64,000 nucleotides of DNA from Corallococcus sp. NCRR (GTDB taxonomy: Bacteria; Myxococcota; Myxococcia; Myxococcales; Myxococcaceae): positions 7,843,461 to 7,907,460 of the forward strand of contig NZ_CP114039.1 in assembly GCF_026965535.1 (NCBI RefSeq), read 5' to 3'. Position 1 is the first letter of the stretch. Each line of letters opens with the position of its first letter. Below the pieces are notes generated by a model, which saw only the letters and a list, made by a program, of their open reading frames with translations, was not told where the DNA came from and did not search any database. The translations under genes and the position numbers were made by a program. Below, piece by piece: positions 63,020-64,000 of the stretch.

Positions 63020-64000
63020 TGGGACACCAGGGAGGTCCGCGTGCCCCGCGCGCGCAGCTCCGCGACGAGCCAGCGCGCGCGCGTGTCCCCCACCGTGGCC
63101 TGGAAGGTATGCGGCAGCCGCGAGAGCGCGGTGCGCGCCTCGTTGGCTTGCAGCCCCAGCGCCGGGGCCAGCAGCTCCGCGGCCACGGCGGGGTCCTTCG
63201 ACTCCTCCACCGTCAGGCGGAAGCTGCGGAAGTTGATGAGCTGCACGGCCAGCTTCGCGCCCGCGGCCTCCAGGGGCGCGGTGCGCGCCACCACGTCCGC
63301 GCGCGACAGCCCCGTGTGCAGCACCACCGGCAGCCGCTTGAGCACCTTCGGAACCAGCGCCGGGGGCATGCCCGTCTCACGCACCAGCAGCTCCGGGAAG
63401 CCGGCGTCGGCGGGGGCCTCCAGGAGGCTGACGTCGAAGCGCTGGAAGGCGTGATCCAACAACCGCACCCCACCCCGCGCGCCCAGCTCCCGCCACACGC
63501 GCTCCGCCTGCGCGTGCGAGAGGTCCCGGGCCACCAGCGGCGGCTCCCCCGGAGTCACGCCCTGCCCCTCCAGCACCGAGCGGACCCCCGCGAGGCTGAC
63601 CACCTCCGTGGCGAAGACGTCATAGCGGGCGGTGGGCGGATGGCTGGCGTCCACCTCCGCGCCCAGCGGGGCGAAGCGCTCCCGGAGCGCGTCCACCGTG
63701 GCCTGGGAGACGGAGCCGAGCACCGTGGGCGGCGTGGCGCAGAGCGCCGCGGCGGCGTCCGCCAGGGGACAGCCCAGCACGGCCGCCAGCTCCGTGCAGA
63801 CCTCACGGAAGCGCCCGCCGTCACGCAGGTACAGCGCCACGTCGTAGGTCTGCCCGGGAGGAGGAAGAAGGGGCGCGTCATCCGGCTCCACGACCACGCG
63901 CAGGCCCGCGTTGCCCAGCACCTCCGACAGGCCCCGGGCGACGTCCTCCGGAAGGCCCCCGGCCAGCACCGCGGGGGCGCGGAACAGCCTCGCCGCGAGC
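63016..64000 (-). CDS. Hypothetical protein with repeated ribosomal L7/L12 C-terminal-domain-like modules; N-terminus lies beyond the window edge
   Basis: The frame is open to nt 64000. Segments 'AVAAELLAPALGLQANEARTALSRLPHTFQATVGDTRARWLVAELRARG' and 'VVARTAPLEAAGAKLAVQLI' resemble the L7/L12 CTD. Confidence 0.45.
   Translation of the reverse strand, partial: LAARLFRAPAVLAGGLPEDVARGLSEVLGNAGLRVVVEPDDAPLLPPPGQTYDVALYLRDGGRFREVCTELAAVLGCPLADAAAALCATPPTVLGSVSQATVDALRERFAPLGAEVDASHPPTARYDVFATEVVSLAGVRSVLEGQGVTPGEPPLVARDLSHAQAERVWRELGARGGVRLLDHAFQRFDVSLLEAPADAGFPELLVRETGMPPALVPKVLKRLPVVLHTGLSRADVVARTAPLEAAGAKLAVQLINFRSFRLTVEESKDPAVAAELLAPALGLQANEARTALSRLPHTFQATVGDTRARWLVAELRARGTRTSLVSQ

Noticed and set aside
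59828-63454. 1208-aa plus-strand ORF across the paralog array
   Set aside because: Antisense to four to five well-formed minus-strand genes with ATG starts and conserved paralogous motifs. Its composition is Arg/Gly/Ala dominated.
1-64000. Search for tRNA/rRNA, CRISPR repeats, IS elements, integrases and prophage genes
   Set aside because: No cloverleaf-like conserved tRNA segments, no regularly spaced direct repeats, and no transposase or integrase motifs were seen. The window appears to be core or accessory chromosomal DNA without obvious mobile elements.

Overview
This is a high-GC (~70%) chromosomal segment that looks myxobacterial (Myxococcus/Corallococcus-like). Coding density is high and I find no rRNA, tRNA, CRISPR array, IS element or integrase. 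Many long ORFs in the six-frame track are antisense artefacts of the GC-rich codon bias and were rejected.

Recognisable genes, in order:
- an Slt-like lytic transglycosylase (5' partial), a lipoprotein, an M28 peptidase, a His-box membrane desaturase divergent from a heme-oxygenase-like iron enzyme;
- a DUF47/PiT phosphate-transporter pair, a polytopic membrane protein, a B12-binding radical SAM enzyme convergently overlapping a delta-9-type acyl-CoA desaturase;
- a 1433-aa double-cyclase/STAND-ATPase/TPR protein preceded by a small membrane protein, and a LOG-family protein;
- a six-gene minus-strand signalling operon: HAMP-PP2C phosphatase, TPR protein, PhnD-like binding protein, TonB-dependent receptor, a hypothetical protein, and a receptor Ser/Thr kinase with an unusual N-terminal multi-CxxC region;
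- 2-oxoacid dehydrogenase E1 alpha and beta, a GNAT acetyltransferase, a PilZ protein, a block of secreted/lipoproteins (Cys-rich repeat lipoprotein, SGNH hydrolase, a possible CotH-like protein);
- PEP carboxylase, an InhA-like M6 metalloprotease, a PAS-GAF histidine kinase, MltG, LysR/YeiH, methionine aminopeptidase, a truncated LysR HTH fragment and a DUF3516 Ski2-like helicase.

The most interesting region is 55.2-64.0 kb: a tightly packed minus-strand operon of at least 11 genes with no recognisable enzymes. Seven of its products share an N-terminal module (a helix containing A-E/D-A-Q, then a beta element F/Y-x-F/Y-x-hydrophobic...E-hydrophobic-K) that I cannot assign to any named family. 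Four are tandem paralogs with conserved N- and C-termini (C-terminal Y..Y/F..V.G.S....KLV.VPPP), and the largest carries an inserted OmpA-like peptidoglycan-binding domain. Three others fuse the module to C-terminal PASTA-like domains, two of them via Ig-like domains. The operon also holds a charged coiled-coil protein with a Met/Asp-rich tail, a TPR-like protein and a protein with L7/L12-CTD-like repeats. None has an obvious signal peptide. I interpret this as a candidate uncharacterised peptidoglycan-associated structural assembly.
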